64,000 bases of DNA from the human T2T-CHM13v2.0 reference genome, Homo sapiens (GCF_009914755.1 NC_060927.1); one strand, 5' to 3'. Positions 41,481 to 59,648 are shown, counted from the first letter of the stretch. Program-made: numbers and translations. Notes: generated by a model from the sequence alone, not told the origin.

Positions 41481-42092
41481 TTTTATTATATTATTATTTT
41501 TATTTTTTTTTATTTATTTTTTTTGAGATGGAGTTTGCTCTTGTTTCCCTGGCTGGAGTGCAATGGCATGACCTTGGCTCATTGCAACCTCTGCTTCCTG
41601 GGTTCAAGCGATTCTCCTGCCTCAGCTTCCTGAGTAGCTGGGATAACAGGCATGAGCTACCACACATGGCTAATTTTATATTTTTAGTAGAGATGGAGTT
41701 TCACCATGTTGTCCAGGCTGGTCTTGAACTCCTGACCTCAGGTGATCCACCCACCTTGGCCTCCTAAAGTGCTGGGATTACAGGCATGAGCCAGCGTGCC
41801 TGGCCTATTTTTTATTTTTGTATTGCCCAGGCTGGAGTGCAACCTCTGCCTCCCAGGTCCAAGCGATTCTCCTGCCTCAACCACCCAAGTAGCTGGGATT
41901 ACAGGCGTGTGCCACCATGCTTGGCTAATTTTTGTATTCTTAATACAAAATTGTATTATTTTTGTATTATTAGTGGAGAGTTAAGTTTCACCATGTTGGC
42001 CAGGCTGGCCTCGAACTCCTAGCCTCAAGTGATCTGCCTGTCTTGTCCTTCCAAAGTGTTGGGATTACAGGCGTGAGCCACCTTGTCCGGCC
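41481..42092 (-). mobile_element. Two tandem AluS (41481-41805, 41806-42092)
   Basis: Shared outer TSD taataatcttt (41469-41479, 42095-42105). Confidence 0.9.
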
Positions 42093-43137
42093 GGTAATAA
42101 TCTTTAAAAAGAAAATGAATTGGATCGTTCCAAGATGGCCGAATAGGAACAGCTCCAGTCTGCAGCTCCCAGCGTGTTCCACACAGAAGTCTTATGATTT
42201 CTGCATTTCCAACTGAGGTACCTGGTTCATCTCACCGGGACTGGTTGCACAGTGGGTGCAGCCCACAGAGGGTGAGCTGAAACAGGGTGGGATGTCGCCT
42301 CACCCAGGAAGAGCAAGGGGTCGGGGGATTTCCTTTTCTTAGGGAAGGAAGCTGTGACAGACCTGGAAAATCAGGACACTCTCTCCTTAATACGGCGCTT
42401 TTCCAATGGTCTTAGGAAACGGCACACCAGGAGATTATATCCCTCACCTGGCTCGGCAGGTCCCACGCCCACAGAGCCTTGCTCACTGCTAGTTCAGCAG
42501 TCCAAGATTGAACTGCCAGGCGGCAGCCTGGTCTGGGGGAGGGGCGTCCACCATTGCTGAGACTTGAGTAGGTAAACAAAGCCGCCTAGAAGCTCGAACT
42601 GGGTGGAGCCCACCACAGCTCAGGAAGGCCTACCTGCCTCTGTAGACTCCACCTCTGGGGGCAGGGCATAGCTGAACAAAAGGCAGCAGAAACTTCTGCA
42701 GACTTAAATGTCTCTGTCTGACAGCTCTGAAGAGAGCAGTGTTTCTCCCAGCATGGAGTTTGAGCTCTGAGAATGGACAGACTGCCTCCTCAAGTGGGTC
42801 CCTGACCCTCGTGTAGCCTAACTGGGAGACACCGGCCAGTAGGGACTGACTGATACCTCATACAGCCAGGTACCCCTCTGAGACAAAGCTTCCAGAGGAA
42901 GGATCAGGCAGCAATATTTGCTGTTCTGCAGCCTCCACTGGTGATACCCAGGCAAACAGGGCCTGGAGTGGACCTCCAACAGACTCCAACAGACCTGCAG
43001 CGGAGGGTCCTGACTGTTAGATGGGAAACTAACAGACAGAAAAGAATAGCATCAACATCAACAAAAAGGACATCCACACCAAAACCCCATCTGTAGTTCG
43101 CTATCATCAAAGACCAAAGGTAGATAAAACCACAAAG

Positions 43138-44158
43138 ATGGGGAGAAACCAGAGCAGAAAAGCTGAAAATTCTAAAAGCCAGAGCACCTCTTCTCCTCCA
43201 AAGGATTACAGCTCCTCACCAGCAATGGAACAAAGCTGGATGGACTATGACTTTGACGAGTTGACAGAAGTAGGCTTCAGAAGGTCAGTAATAACAAACT
43301 TCTCCAGTCTAAAGGAGGATGTTCGAACCCATCACAAGGAAGCTAAAAACCTTGAAAAAAGATTAGATGAATGGCTAACTAGAATAAACAGTGTAGAGAG
43401 ACCTTAAAGGAACTGATGGAGCTGAAAAACATGGCATAAGAACTACGTGACGCATGCACACGCTTCGTAGCTAATTTGATCAAGTGGAAGAAAGGGTATC
43501 AGCGATTGAAGATCAAATGAATAAAATGAAGCGAGAAGAGAAGTTTAGAGAAAAAAAGAGTAAAAAGAAGTGAACAAAGCCTCCAAGAAATATGGGATTA
43601 TGTGAAAAGACCAAATCTACATCTGACTGGTGTACCTGAAAGTGACGGGGAGAATGGAGCCAAGTTGGAAAACACTCTTCAGGATACTATCCAGGAGAAC
43701 TTCCCCAACCTAGCAAGGCAGGCCAACATTCAAATTCAGGAAATACAGAGAACAACACAAAGATACTCCTTGAGAAGAGCAACCCCAAGACACATAATTG
43801 TCAGATTTACCAAGGTTGAAATGAAGGAAAAAATGCTAAGGGCAGCCAGAGAGAAAGGTCGGGTTACCCACAAAGGGAAGCCCATCAAACTAACAGCTGA
43901 TATCTTGGCAGAAACTCTATAAGCCAGAAGAGAGTGGTGGCTAATATTCAACATTCTTAAAAGAACTTTCAACCCAGAATTTCATATCCAGCCAAAGTAA
44001 GATTCATAAGTGAAGCAGAAATAAAATCCTTTACACACAAGCAAATGCTGAGAGATTTTGTCACCACCAGGCCTGCCTTACAAGAGCTCCTGAAAGAAGC
44101 ACTAAACATGGAAAGGAACAACCAGTGCCAGCCACTGCAAAAACATGCCAAATTGTAA
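43138..44158 (+). pseudogene. L1 ORF1p, frameshifted/stopped
   Basis: Fragments MGRNQSRKAENSK... and KRPNLHLTGVPESDGENG... Confidence 0.9.
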
Positions 44159-44206
44159 AGACCCCTGATGCTAGGAAGAAACTGCATCAACTAACGAGCA
44201 AAATAA

Positions 44207-48040
<3,834 letters not shown>

Positions 48041-48375
48041 ACAATGAGAACACTTGGACACAGGGCGGGGAACATCACACACCAGAGCCTGTCGTGAGGT
48101 GGGTAGGAGGGGGAAGATAGCATTAGGAGAAATCCCTAATGTAGATGACGAGTTAATGGGTGCAGCACACCAACATGGCACATGTGTACATATGTAACAA
48201 ACCTGCATGTTGTGCATATGTACTGTAGAACTTAAAGTATAATAATAAAAAAAGTGAAAATAAAGATGAAATAAAAAAGAAGGTGAATTGATTGCATTCT
48301 GAAGATGACAGATAAATGATTCATTATTGTGGAAATGGTGTAAATAAAAACAACCAATGATTTACCTTGCCTTTT

Positions 48376-49498
48376 TTCTTTCTTTTTTTTTTATACTTTA
48401 AGTTCTAGGGTATATGTGCACAATGTGCAGGTTTGTTACATATGTATACATGTGCCATGTTGGTGGGCTGCACCCATTAACTAGTCATTTACATTAGGGA
48501 TTTCTCCTAATGCTATCCCTCCTCCCTACCCCCAGCCCAGGACAGGCCCTGGTGTGTGATGTTCCCCACCCTGTGTCCAAGTGTTCTCATTGTTCAATTC
48601 CCAACTATGAGTGAGAACATGTGGTGTTTGATTTTCTGTCCTTGCGAAGTTTGCTCAGAATGATGGTTTCCAGCTTCACACACGTCCCTACAAAGGATAT
48701 GAACTCATCCTTTTTTATGGCTGCATAGTATTCCATGGTGTATATATACCACATTTTCTTCATCCAGTCTATCATTGATGGGCATTTGGGTTGGTTCCAA
48801 GTCTTTGCTATTGTGAATAGTGCCACAATAAACATACGTGTGCATGTGTCTTTATAGTAGCATGATTTATAATCCTTTGGGTATATACCCAGTAATGGGA
48901 TGGCTGGGTCAAATGGTATTTCTAGTTCTAAATCCTTGAGGAATCGCTAGACTGTCTTCCACAATGGTTGAACTAATTTACACTCCCAGCAACAGTGTAA
49001 AAGTGTTCCTATTTCTCCACATCCTCTCCAGCACCTGTTGTTTCCTGACTTTTTAATGATCACCATTCTAACTGGTGTGAGATGGTATCTCATTGTGGTT
49101 TTGATTTGCATTTCTCTGATGGCCAGTGATGATGAGCATTTTTTCATGTGTCTGTTGGCTGCATAAATGTCTTCTTTTGAGAAGTGTCTGTTCATATCCT
49201 TTGCCCACTTTTTGATGGGGTTGTTTGATTTTTCTTGTAAATTTGTTTAAGTTCTTTGTAGATTCTGGATATTAGCTCTTTGTCAGATGGGTAGATTGCA
49301 AAAATTTTCTCCCATTCTGTAGGTTGCCTGTTCACTCTGATGGTAGTTTCTTTTGCCATGCAGAAGCTCTTTAGTTTAATTAGATCCCAAACCATAAAAA
49401 CCCTAGAAGAAAACCTAGGCAATACCATTCAGGACATAGGCATGGGCAAGGACTTCATGACTAAAACACCAAAAGCAATGGTAACAAAAGCCAAAATA
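48376..49498 (-). mobile_element. 5'-truncated, 5'-inverted L1PA6-like element
   Basis: Minus-strand 3' end 48376-49389 joined to plus-strand ORF2 piece 49390-49498; TSD tac(c/t)ttgcctttt at 48363-48375 and 49497-49509. Confidence 0.92.
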
Positions 49499-49509
49499 CT
49501 TTGCCTTTT

Positions 49510-50150
49510 CTTTATGAACTGTACAACTGGGTAATCAAATAGTAGGTGAGGGGAAGCATCTCTTTGTAAAATTATTCCAGATAAAAAATAAAAACTGTAG
49601 GATAGAATTAGAATGACACCACCCTAACTATCCCAAATGGATCAGTGAACCTAGGCATTGAGCTGACATAAAAAAAAAAGTAAGTGAAAAGCTGGTATGA
49701 TGTACCTCCTGATGAAAGAACACACTACCACTTAATTTTGCCAAAGGAATTGAATCTAAAACTCATCAATCCTTTGGATTTAGCTGCCAATTTTCAGGAA
49801 ATACAGAGGATAGAGGAACATGCTGAACTGTGCTATGCGTATGCAGTCACTGAAGACCAGATTGCAGGAAACTCTGTATATAATACAGCCTCCATCCTTC
49901 AATACATACATTGTAAGGGAAAGAAAGAGACTGACGGGGATATACCGAGTTAAAAAAAGGGAGCAAATGAAATGCACACTTGGGTGATAAAACAATAAAG
50001 TAGCATAAGAAAAGTGATTAATGTGCTGTTGGAGGGCTGGGAAAGGCTGTGGTTAGTACGGGGTACATGGCAGAGTTTCTTGGGTTGCTGGCTAAACTCT
50101 ATTTCTTGACCTGGGTAATGATTGTAGAAATGTTTACCAAGACTTTTATC
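49510..50150 (+). mobile_element. Old L1MC/ME 3' region (continuing from ~41040-41470 and 48291-48362)
   Basis: tgatgtacctcctgatgaaagaacac...caggaaatacagagg...tatttcttgacctgggt. Confidence 0.5.
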
Positions 50151-50330
50151 ATTAATATATTAATATATTTGCTTTTCTCCATATCCCATATGTAGCCATC
50201 TATCCATCCCTCCATCCATCTATTAATCCATCTTATTTTTGGATGCATTTAAAAGTAAATGACAGACATTTGTATACCTCTCCCTCAGTACTTCTGTACT
50301 CTAATACCATTAACTGGAGTTCAATATTGA

Positions 50331-50651
<321 letters not shown>

Positions 50652-50785
50652 TGATGTAAAACTTACATAAAATGAAATAAACATATTTGAAATGTATACT
50701 GACTGAGTTTTGACAATGCATACACCCATGTAACTCAAACTCCTATCAAGATATACATTACCATCGATCGCCCCCAAAATTTCCT

Positions 50786-51076
50786 CTTTTTTTTTTTGAG
50801 ACAGAGTCTTGCTCTGTCGCCAGGCTGGAGTATAGTGGTGTGATCTCAGTTCACTGCAACCTCTGCCTCCTGGGTTCAAACTATTCTCCTGCCTCAGCCT
50901 TCTGAGTAAGCTGGGGCTACAGGTGTGCGCCACCACACCTAGCTAATTTTTGTATTTTTAATAGAGATGGGGTTTCACCATGTTGGCCAGGATGGTCTTG
51001 ATCTCTTGACCTCATGATCTACCTGCCTCGGCCTCCCAAAGTGCTGGGATTACAGGTGTGAGCCACCGTGCCTGGC
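50786..51076 (-). mobile_element. AluSc-like
   Basis: Dimer. Confidence 0.92.
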
Positions 51077-51184
51077 CTCCCCTCATTTTTTTAAGTCTCT
51101 AAAATCTGAATGTATTTTTCCTCAAATTCAAACATGAAATCAATTGTCTTTCAAGTAAAATTTAAAAAATGGCATGTTTTACTT

Positions 51185-51549
<365 letters not shown>

Positions 51550-51614
51550 CTGGCATTCTCAATTTTGTAGATACACTCCAGGAATCTCACTTTGGATTAT
51601 TATTAGTAGTAGTA

Positions 51615-51885
51615 CTGAGAGGCAGTGTAGAGTGGTGGTTCAGATTCTGGCGGCAGACTGCCCAGGTTTGAATCTTGGCTCCTTCCCTTATCAACAGGGT
51701 GACCTTGGTAATTAACTTCTCTGCCTCAGTTTTGTCCTTTGAAGGATGGAGTTAATAATAATACCTTCATCAAAGGGTGTTTGTGAGGATTAAGTGAGGA
51801 AATATATGTAAAGCACTTAGAGTAGTGCCTGGCATTTAGTGAACAATATAGAAGTGCTCAATTTTTTATCATTATTCAATTACCA
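51615..51885 (+). mobile_element. Near full-length MIR
   Basis: gaggcagtgtagagtggtggtt...gtgaccttgg...gcctcagtttt...aaagcacttagagtagtgcctggca. Confidence 0.85.
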
Positions 51886-52999
51886 TTTTACATTGCATAT
51901 TATTTCTTTCAAAACTATTTTGACATTTGCCTTCAGATATAAAATTGTATTAGCAAAAATTAAATTAACAGTAGTTATTTAGACTTCATTAGATTTGCAT
52001 GTCGATTAGAAACATCCAGTGACTTAACTATGGATCATCCATGTAATCTGGAACCATAGTTCTAGCATTCTCCAGAACCCATCTCTTTGGTATAGGTCCC
52101 ATGTGGTCGCCAGGAAGCCATGTCCCTTCTCTCTTCAGTTTCCTCTTCTATGAAATGTAAGGGATACCACAGATTCATACAGGAGATTCCTCAGACTCAT
52201 CATAGGAACTGCTTGGTTATAAATGAGATTATTCATATGAGAACCTGCAGAAGTCTCAAGGAAATCAATTCTCTGCAAATGCCTGTGATTGTTGCTATTT
52301 ATTATTCTCCTGGTGAGTCAGTCCTTTTCATCACCCAGGCATACTAACTTTAGCAGATGGGGTCAGCCTGCAGAAGATCAATTACTGGTCTCCTTATTTC
52401 TTCTTCCTTGCCATCTTCCCCAAGGATCACCCCCCGAATCTCCACCACCACCTCCCAGTCATATCTTTTGTATAACATGGTCAGCAGTCATTATGACAGC
52501 TCCAGGCCATCCAGGACTTCTTAGGGGTTGGATATACACTTTCTCTGTGAGAGAGCAGGAAGACTTCTGCCATTTCTTTGAAATAGCCTTGCAGCTTTGG
52601 AATTTAGGGCAGTCATTTGGAATTCTGTTTGATTTTTACCTTGTGTATCTTTACTTCTATGTGGTCAGACCTCTGGGGTTTACTGACAGAAGGTACAGCA
52701 GATACTTTATTTCATCAAGATGAATTTTTTAATATGTTAAACTAACTTGTTTCTGTTTTCTGTCTTTCGAGGCTTTCCATAATGTCTCCTTTCTTTCAGA
52801 CAAGAGAACCTACCTTTAAAGTTAAAAAACACATAAAATCTGTCAATATCTATTGTCTTATTAATGAGTAAGGTTGAATTTTAAGTTTTATTTTACATTT
52901 TATATGTTCTCTACATATATGATAAAACCCTGTCAAAGTCATATGAAAATTTCAAAGATTTACTCGACTCTTCTATATATGGTTACATTAAAATTTTAA

Positions 53000-53106
53000 G
53001 CTGGGCGTGTTGCCCAGGCTGGTCTTGTACTCCTGGGCTCAAGTGATCTTCCTGTTTGGGCCTCCCAAAGTGCTGGGATTACAGGTGTCAGCCACCACAC
53101 TTGGCT
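53000..53106. mobile_element. Chimeric Alu fragment (plus-strand start fused to minus-strand left arm)
   Basis: gctgggcgtg|ttgcccaggctggtcttg...ccacacttggct. Confidence 0.7.
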
Positions 53107-54407
53107 CTATAAGTTCTTTACATAATTGAGAGGTGATATCTTGATTTGATAATACTAATTTATTAACATTGATTTGTGCTGCTGGTTCTGAAACAAGATG
53201 GAATAGACTTACTTTTCACTACTTTTCCCCTCTAAATACAACAAAACCCCTTGGAAATATTGGAACAGACAATGATAAAAGGTCTCTGAAAGCTAGAAAG
53301 ATGACAGAGTAGTAGGAAACCCCAGGATATGAGGAATGACAACATGCTGAGTTTTCTGAGTTTTCTTTTTGTCTCGCATATGCCCCTGGCCTGGATGCCA
53401 GAGAGGCCTGTAGTCTGAAACTACCCACAGGCATAGACATAAGAACCTAAGGAAAGCCTGCTCTCTCTGGCCAAATAACCAGGAAAGGGGAAGCCCAACA
53501 GAGACCTAGTGAGGAACTAAAACCCCTGTTTCACACCACAGGCCAGTAGACAGTACAATCTGTTGGCAGCGGTGGTGGCAGCAAAATCCCAAGCTATCCA
53601 AGACACTGCTCCACAACCAGGGCATTGGCAGGCAGTCCGATATGTCCACAGTGGCAGAGAGGGTGAATCCTTGTGTTCCCCTGCTCTCTACCCACTGGCA
53701 TAAGGAGACCCAAGCCTAGTGGCTTTTGCTACAACCCCTACTCCCAGAAAATCACCAAGCACTAGCAGGTGGCTAAAAGAAGCACCTTCCGCCTCTGCAG
53801 ATGGCATTAGCAGGAATGAGCAGGAATCCTATCAGCACCAGAAGAACAAAACAGACCAGAATAACATTGCAAGCGCTTTCAAAACTGGACTGTCATTGGA
53901 ACAAAAAAGCCCACAAAGTAGGCCAGAACTTATAGGCTAAGTCTAAGCAGAGTGACAGTCTGCTAAAATAGAATATTTAAATATAATCAAGAGTCTTCTA
54001 GCATAATAATCAAAATGTCCAGTGATAAAAACAAATCATTAATTCTACCAGGAACCAGGAAAACCACAGTTTGAATGAGGAAAGACAATTAACTGATGCC
54101 GATGACAAGATGAATCAGATGTTGGAATTATTTGTCAAGGATTTTAAAGTAGCCATCATAAAAATGCTTCAACAATCAATTTCAAATTCTCTTGAAACAA
54201 GTGCAAAATAGAAAATATCAGTAAAGAAATAAAAGTTATAAAAAGAGACAAATGGAAATTATGAAACTGAAAATCCAATAATTGAAATAAAAAACTTGCT
54301 CAGTAGTGAAGTGGAGATAACTGAGGACAGAATCAGTAAATCTGAAGATAGATCAATAGAATTTACTCTATCTGAGCAACGGAAAGAAAATAGACTGAAA
54401 AAAAATG

Positions 54408-54713
54408 GGCCGGGTGCAGTGGCTCACACCTGTAATCCCAGCACTTTGGGAGGCTGAAGTGGGAAGATCACCTGAAGTCAGGAGTTCGAGACCAGCCTGG
54501 CCAACATGGTGAAACCCCATCTCTACTAAAGTACAGAAATTAGCCGAGTGTGGTGGTGGGCGCTTGTAATCCTAGCTACTTGGGAGGCTGAGGCAGAATT
54601 GCTTGAACCCGGGAGGCGGAGGTTGTAGTGAGTTGAGATGGCGCCACTGCACTCCAGACTGGGCGACAGAGCAAGACTCCATCTCCAAAAACAAATAAAC
54701 AAACAAACAAAAA
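54408..54713 (+). mobile_element. AluS
   Basis: Dimer. Confidence 0.93.
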
Positions 54714-54989
54714 GCAGAGCCTTAGAGATCTGTGGGACAGTAACAAAAGAATAAACATGTGTATCACCAGAGTTCCATAAGGAGAGGAGAAAGAGAATAG
54801 TGCTGAAAGAGTATTTGGGAGGAATAATGGCTGCAAACGTCCCAAATTTGATGAGTAAACCCCAAATAAGATAAGCACAAAGAAACCTACACCAAGACAC
54901 ATAATTAAACTTCTAAAAACTAAAAAATAAAAAACACATTAAAAACAGCCAAAAAGAAATGACATATTTCCAATGGAGAACACGGGTTT

Positions 54990-55193
54990 GTTTATTTAAT
55001 TTTTTTGTTTTACTTTAAGTTCCAGGATACATGTGCAGAATGTGCAGGTTTGTTAATAGGTATACATGTGCCATGGTGGTTTGCTGCGGCTATCAACCCG
55101 TCATCTAGGTTTTAAGCCCCGCATGCATTGGGTATTTGTCCTAATGCTCTCCCTCTCCTTGCTCCCTAGCCCCCGACAGGCCCTGGTGTGTGT
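54990..55193 (-). mobile_element. Short L1PA7/8-like 3' fragment
   Basis: tactttaagttccaggatacatgtgcag...ttttaagccccgcatgcatt; TSD gagaacac(gg/tg)(g/a)ttt. Confidence 0.85.
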
Positions 55194-55425
55194 GAGAACA
55201 CTGATTTAAATGACGGCAGTTTTCTCACCTGAAACCATGGGGATTACGAGGAAGTGGCACAACAGTTTTCAAGTGCTGAAAGAAAAGAATCATTAACCCC
55301 AAATTCCATATTTGAAGAGATTATCCTTCAGGAATAAAGACATTCTCAAACAAGGGAAAACTAAGAGAATTTGTTGCTAGCGGACCTACCCTTAAAGAGT
55401 GGCTAAAGGAAGCTCTACAATAAAA

Positions 55426-55514
55426 GTAACAAACCTGCACGTTGTGCACATGTACCCTAGAACTTAAAGTATAATAAAAAAAATAAATTGAGAGCATTTA
55501 AGTTTCAAAAAAAA
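55426..55514 (+). mobile_element. Ultra-short L1PA 3' end
   Basis: gtaacaaacctgcacgttgtgcacatgtaccctagaacttaaagtataataaaaaa. Confidence 0.85.
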
Positions 55515-55882
55515 TAATAACAGAAGGCTGGGACATCAGAAAGGATAGAAGAACAACAAAATGAGTAGAAATAGATGTAAACATAATAGAGCAAGTTTAA
55601 CACCATATGATATGGCACTCAGTGTATGTAGAGGAAATAATTTATATTTTAAAACACTGAGGGGAAGGAGACCTAAATGGAAGTAAGTTTTCTATATTTC
55701 ACTTGACTCGAAAATGTCAACACCAGAAAGAAGACTCTGATAAATGACACACTCACCAATAAGAAGGTTTACAAAGCAATGTACTAAAAACATTATAAAT
55801 AAATAAAAATGAAACTCTAAAAATTGTTCTTGTGATCCACAAGAAGCAAGAGTAAAGAAACAGAGTAACAGGAAACAGAGGA

Positions 55883-56250
55883 AGCCAGGCACAGTGGCTC
55901 ATGCCTGTATTTTGGGAGGCCGAGGCAGGAGCACCACTTGAGCCCAGAAGTTTGAGACCAGCCTGGGCAACATAGTGAGACCCTGTCTCTACAAATAATT
56001 TGAAAGTTAGCTGGGCACAGTGGCACACGCCTGTAATCCCAGCTACTCAGGAGGCTGAGGTGGGAGGAGGGAGGATTGCTTGAGCCCAGGAGGTCAAGAC
56101 TGCAGTGAACTATGATTACACCATTGAGCTCCAACCTGGATGACAGAATGAAACCCTGTCTCAAGAAAAAGAAAGAAAGAAAGGAAGAAAGAAAGAAAGA
56201 GAGATAGAGAGAAAGAAAGAAAGAAAGAAAACAAAGAGAAGGAAGAAACA
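55883..56250 (+). mobile_element. AluJ with (GAAA)n tail
   Basis: Dimer then gaaagaaagaaa tract. Confidence 0.88.
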
Positions 56251-56942
56251 GAAAACAAATAATAAAATGACAGACTTAAGCCTCAAAATATCAATAATTA
56301 TTTTAAATGTAAGTGGTCCAAGTACAACAATTAAAAGGCAGAGATTGACAGAGTGTAGTTTATAAATGATCTAACTGTATTCTGTGTACAAGAAGCTAAC
56401 TTCAAACGTAACATAGGTTGAAAGCAGGTTGAAAGTAAAAGGATTAAAAAAGATGTATCATGCAAGGATTAACAACAACTACAACAAAAAGCAAGAATGG
56501 CTATATCAGTATTTGATAACATAACCTTCAGAGCAAAGAAAGTTACTAGGGACAAAGAGGGACATCGCATAATGATAAAAGCCTCTATCCCCAACTATAC
56601 ATAGCAATTCTAAATGTGCATGAAACAAACAACATAGCTTCAAAACACATAAAGTAAAACTTGATAGATCTGGTGCTGGGCCAAATGGGCCAAATGCAAG
56701 AAAGTGAAGTTGAACCCTTACTTAACACCATATACTAAAAATAACTCGAAATGGATCAAAGACCTAAATTTCAGAAATGAACTATAAAACTCTTAGAAGA
56801 AAACGTAGAGATAAATCTTCATGACCTTAGATTTGGCAACAGTTTCTTAAATATGACATCAAAAGCACATGTGACAGAAGAAAAAAGATAACTTGGACTT
56901 TATTAAATTTAAAAACGTTTATCCTTCAAAGGACAAAGGACA

Positions 56943-57078
56943 AGCTGGGCATGGTGGTATGCACTTGTAATCCCAACTAGTCAGGAGGCTGAGGCAGGAG
57001 GATTGCTTGAACCCAGGACTTAAAGTCCAACCTGAGAAATATAGTGCCCATATCTAAAACAAACAAACAAACAAAAAA
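56943..57078 (+). mobile_element. Alu monomer (FLAM-like)
   Basis: Single arm, (aaac)n tail. Confidence 0.78.
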
Positions 57079-57696
57079 GCTAAAAAATGACAAAGGATGA
57101 AGGGTACCATCAAGAGAGTGAAAACATGACCCACAAAATGGAATAAAATGTTTGCAAATCATATCTCTGATTGATAAGGGGTTAATATCCAGAATATATA
57201 TAAGGAACTCCTACAACACATTAAAAAGCTCAGTTAAAAATAGGCAAAGTACTTGAATAGACATTTCTCCAAAGAAGTTATACAAATGCCCAATAAACTC
57301 ATGAAAACATGCTCAACATCATAGTCATTTGGGAAATGCAAATCAAAACCTAATGAGGGAAAATAGTATGGCAATTTCTCAATAAATTAAACATAGAATT
57401 ACCAAATGATCTAGCAATTCCACTTCTGGGTATATATCCAAAATAATTAAGACTAGAGACTTGAATAGATATTTTTACACTAATGTTCACAGCATTATTC
57501 ATAATAGCCAAAAGGTAGAAAACCTGTTACTAGTAATGGATGAATGGATAAATAAAATCTGTTACATACATACCATAGAATATCATTGAGCCCTTAAAAA
57601 GGAGGGAAATGCTGACATATGCTACAACGTGGATGAACCTTGAAGATATGCTAAGTGAAATAAGCCATTCACAAAAGCATAAATATGTGATTCCAC

Positions 57697-57982
<286 letters not shown>

Positions 57983-58957
57983 TAATTCCACTTATATGAG
58001 TCCCTAAAGTAGTCAAATTCATAGAGACAGACAGTGGAGCAGTGGTTAGAACACAGAGAAGGGAGTATGGGCTGTTATTGCTTAATGGTTACAGAGTTTC
58101 AGTTTCAGATGATGAAAGATTTTGGAAATACATAGTGGTGATGATTATACCACATTGTGACTGCAATTGATGCCACTAAGTGATGTACTTAACATGATAA
58201 AATGGTAAATTTTATGTTATATGTATTTTACCACAGTGAAAACAATGTATTTGAAATGTGCAGCCCATATAGCCCACTGGCAGGGACTGGTAAGGGGGAA
58301 GAAACAGATAATTGACTGGAGTCCTCTACCGGTCTGTAGTAGAGGAAGTGTGCACCAGGCAGGTCTCTTGAGAAGCCTGTGTTTGTGGTACCTTAGCAAT
58401 TAAGACAAGGCATGTAAAGGAGAGCTACTTTCTCAACTGTCAGATTCGAGGGTCTTTAAGTAGAACTTCAATTCTCAGCCCTGAAATCTGAACTTTATGT
58501 AACAGGTGAATGAGGAGAAATTTGCATTACTTATTTTCCCTCTCGTGTTTTTCAACTACAAATGATATTGTCAGCTGTGGAGTGACAAAGTAGATGTGCT
58601 GATCTAGAGAAGAGAGAAAGAGCTCAGTGTTTCCCCAGGGCTACTGGAAATCCTCATGCGACGTTATATCAGAATCCCTTGTGCTCTTGCATTTGTTAAG
58701 TCTAAGTCTTTTAGCCATTTGCCATCTCAGGAAAGTGAAATGCTCAGGCTTGACTTCACCATGGGGTCAGAGTGTCACATCCTAAGCAACTGGTAACATC
58801 AGAGAAGTGGCCCAGTGCATGAGGTGCATTCCTTCACTAAGACCCAGGTTTCCAAGGTCCCTTAAGTCTCACAAAGAAGGCTGTTTTGATGAAATTTTCG
58901 CTGAGTTATCCCTGAAATTTGGCTGTTGAAAGATTAATTTGACCTTCACCTAATTAA

Positions 58958-59378
<421 letters not shown>

Positions 59379-59648
59379 TGAGCTATTAAATATCTCAATT
59401 AAGTTCTGAGATATTACTTATGGTTTTAATATATCTGGGTGTGTTGCACTCCCATGCAATTTGTATTAAAGGATGCACCGAACACTATATTGCTGGCTGG
59501 AGATCATTCATTCATTCATTCGTTAAGCATTTAATCAGTCAGTATGTGAAAGGTACTCTGTTATACCTTGAATCCCGATCTAAAAGCACTCTCCCTGTCA
59601 TCCCTACTGCCATCAACATGCCAGGGACAGGGACTAACCTGGGAGCCT

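Noticed and set aside
49192-49534. Novel-looking fusion ORFs on both strands
   Set aside because: Artefacts of reading across the L1 inversion junction
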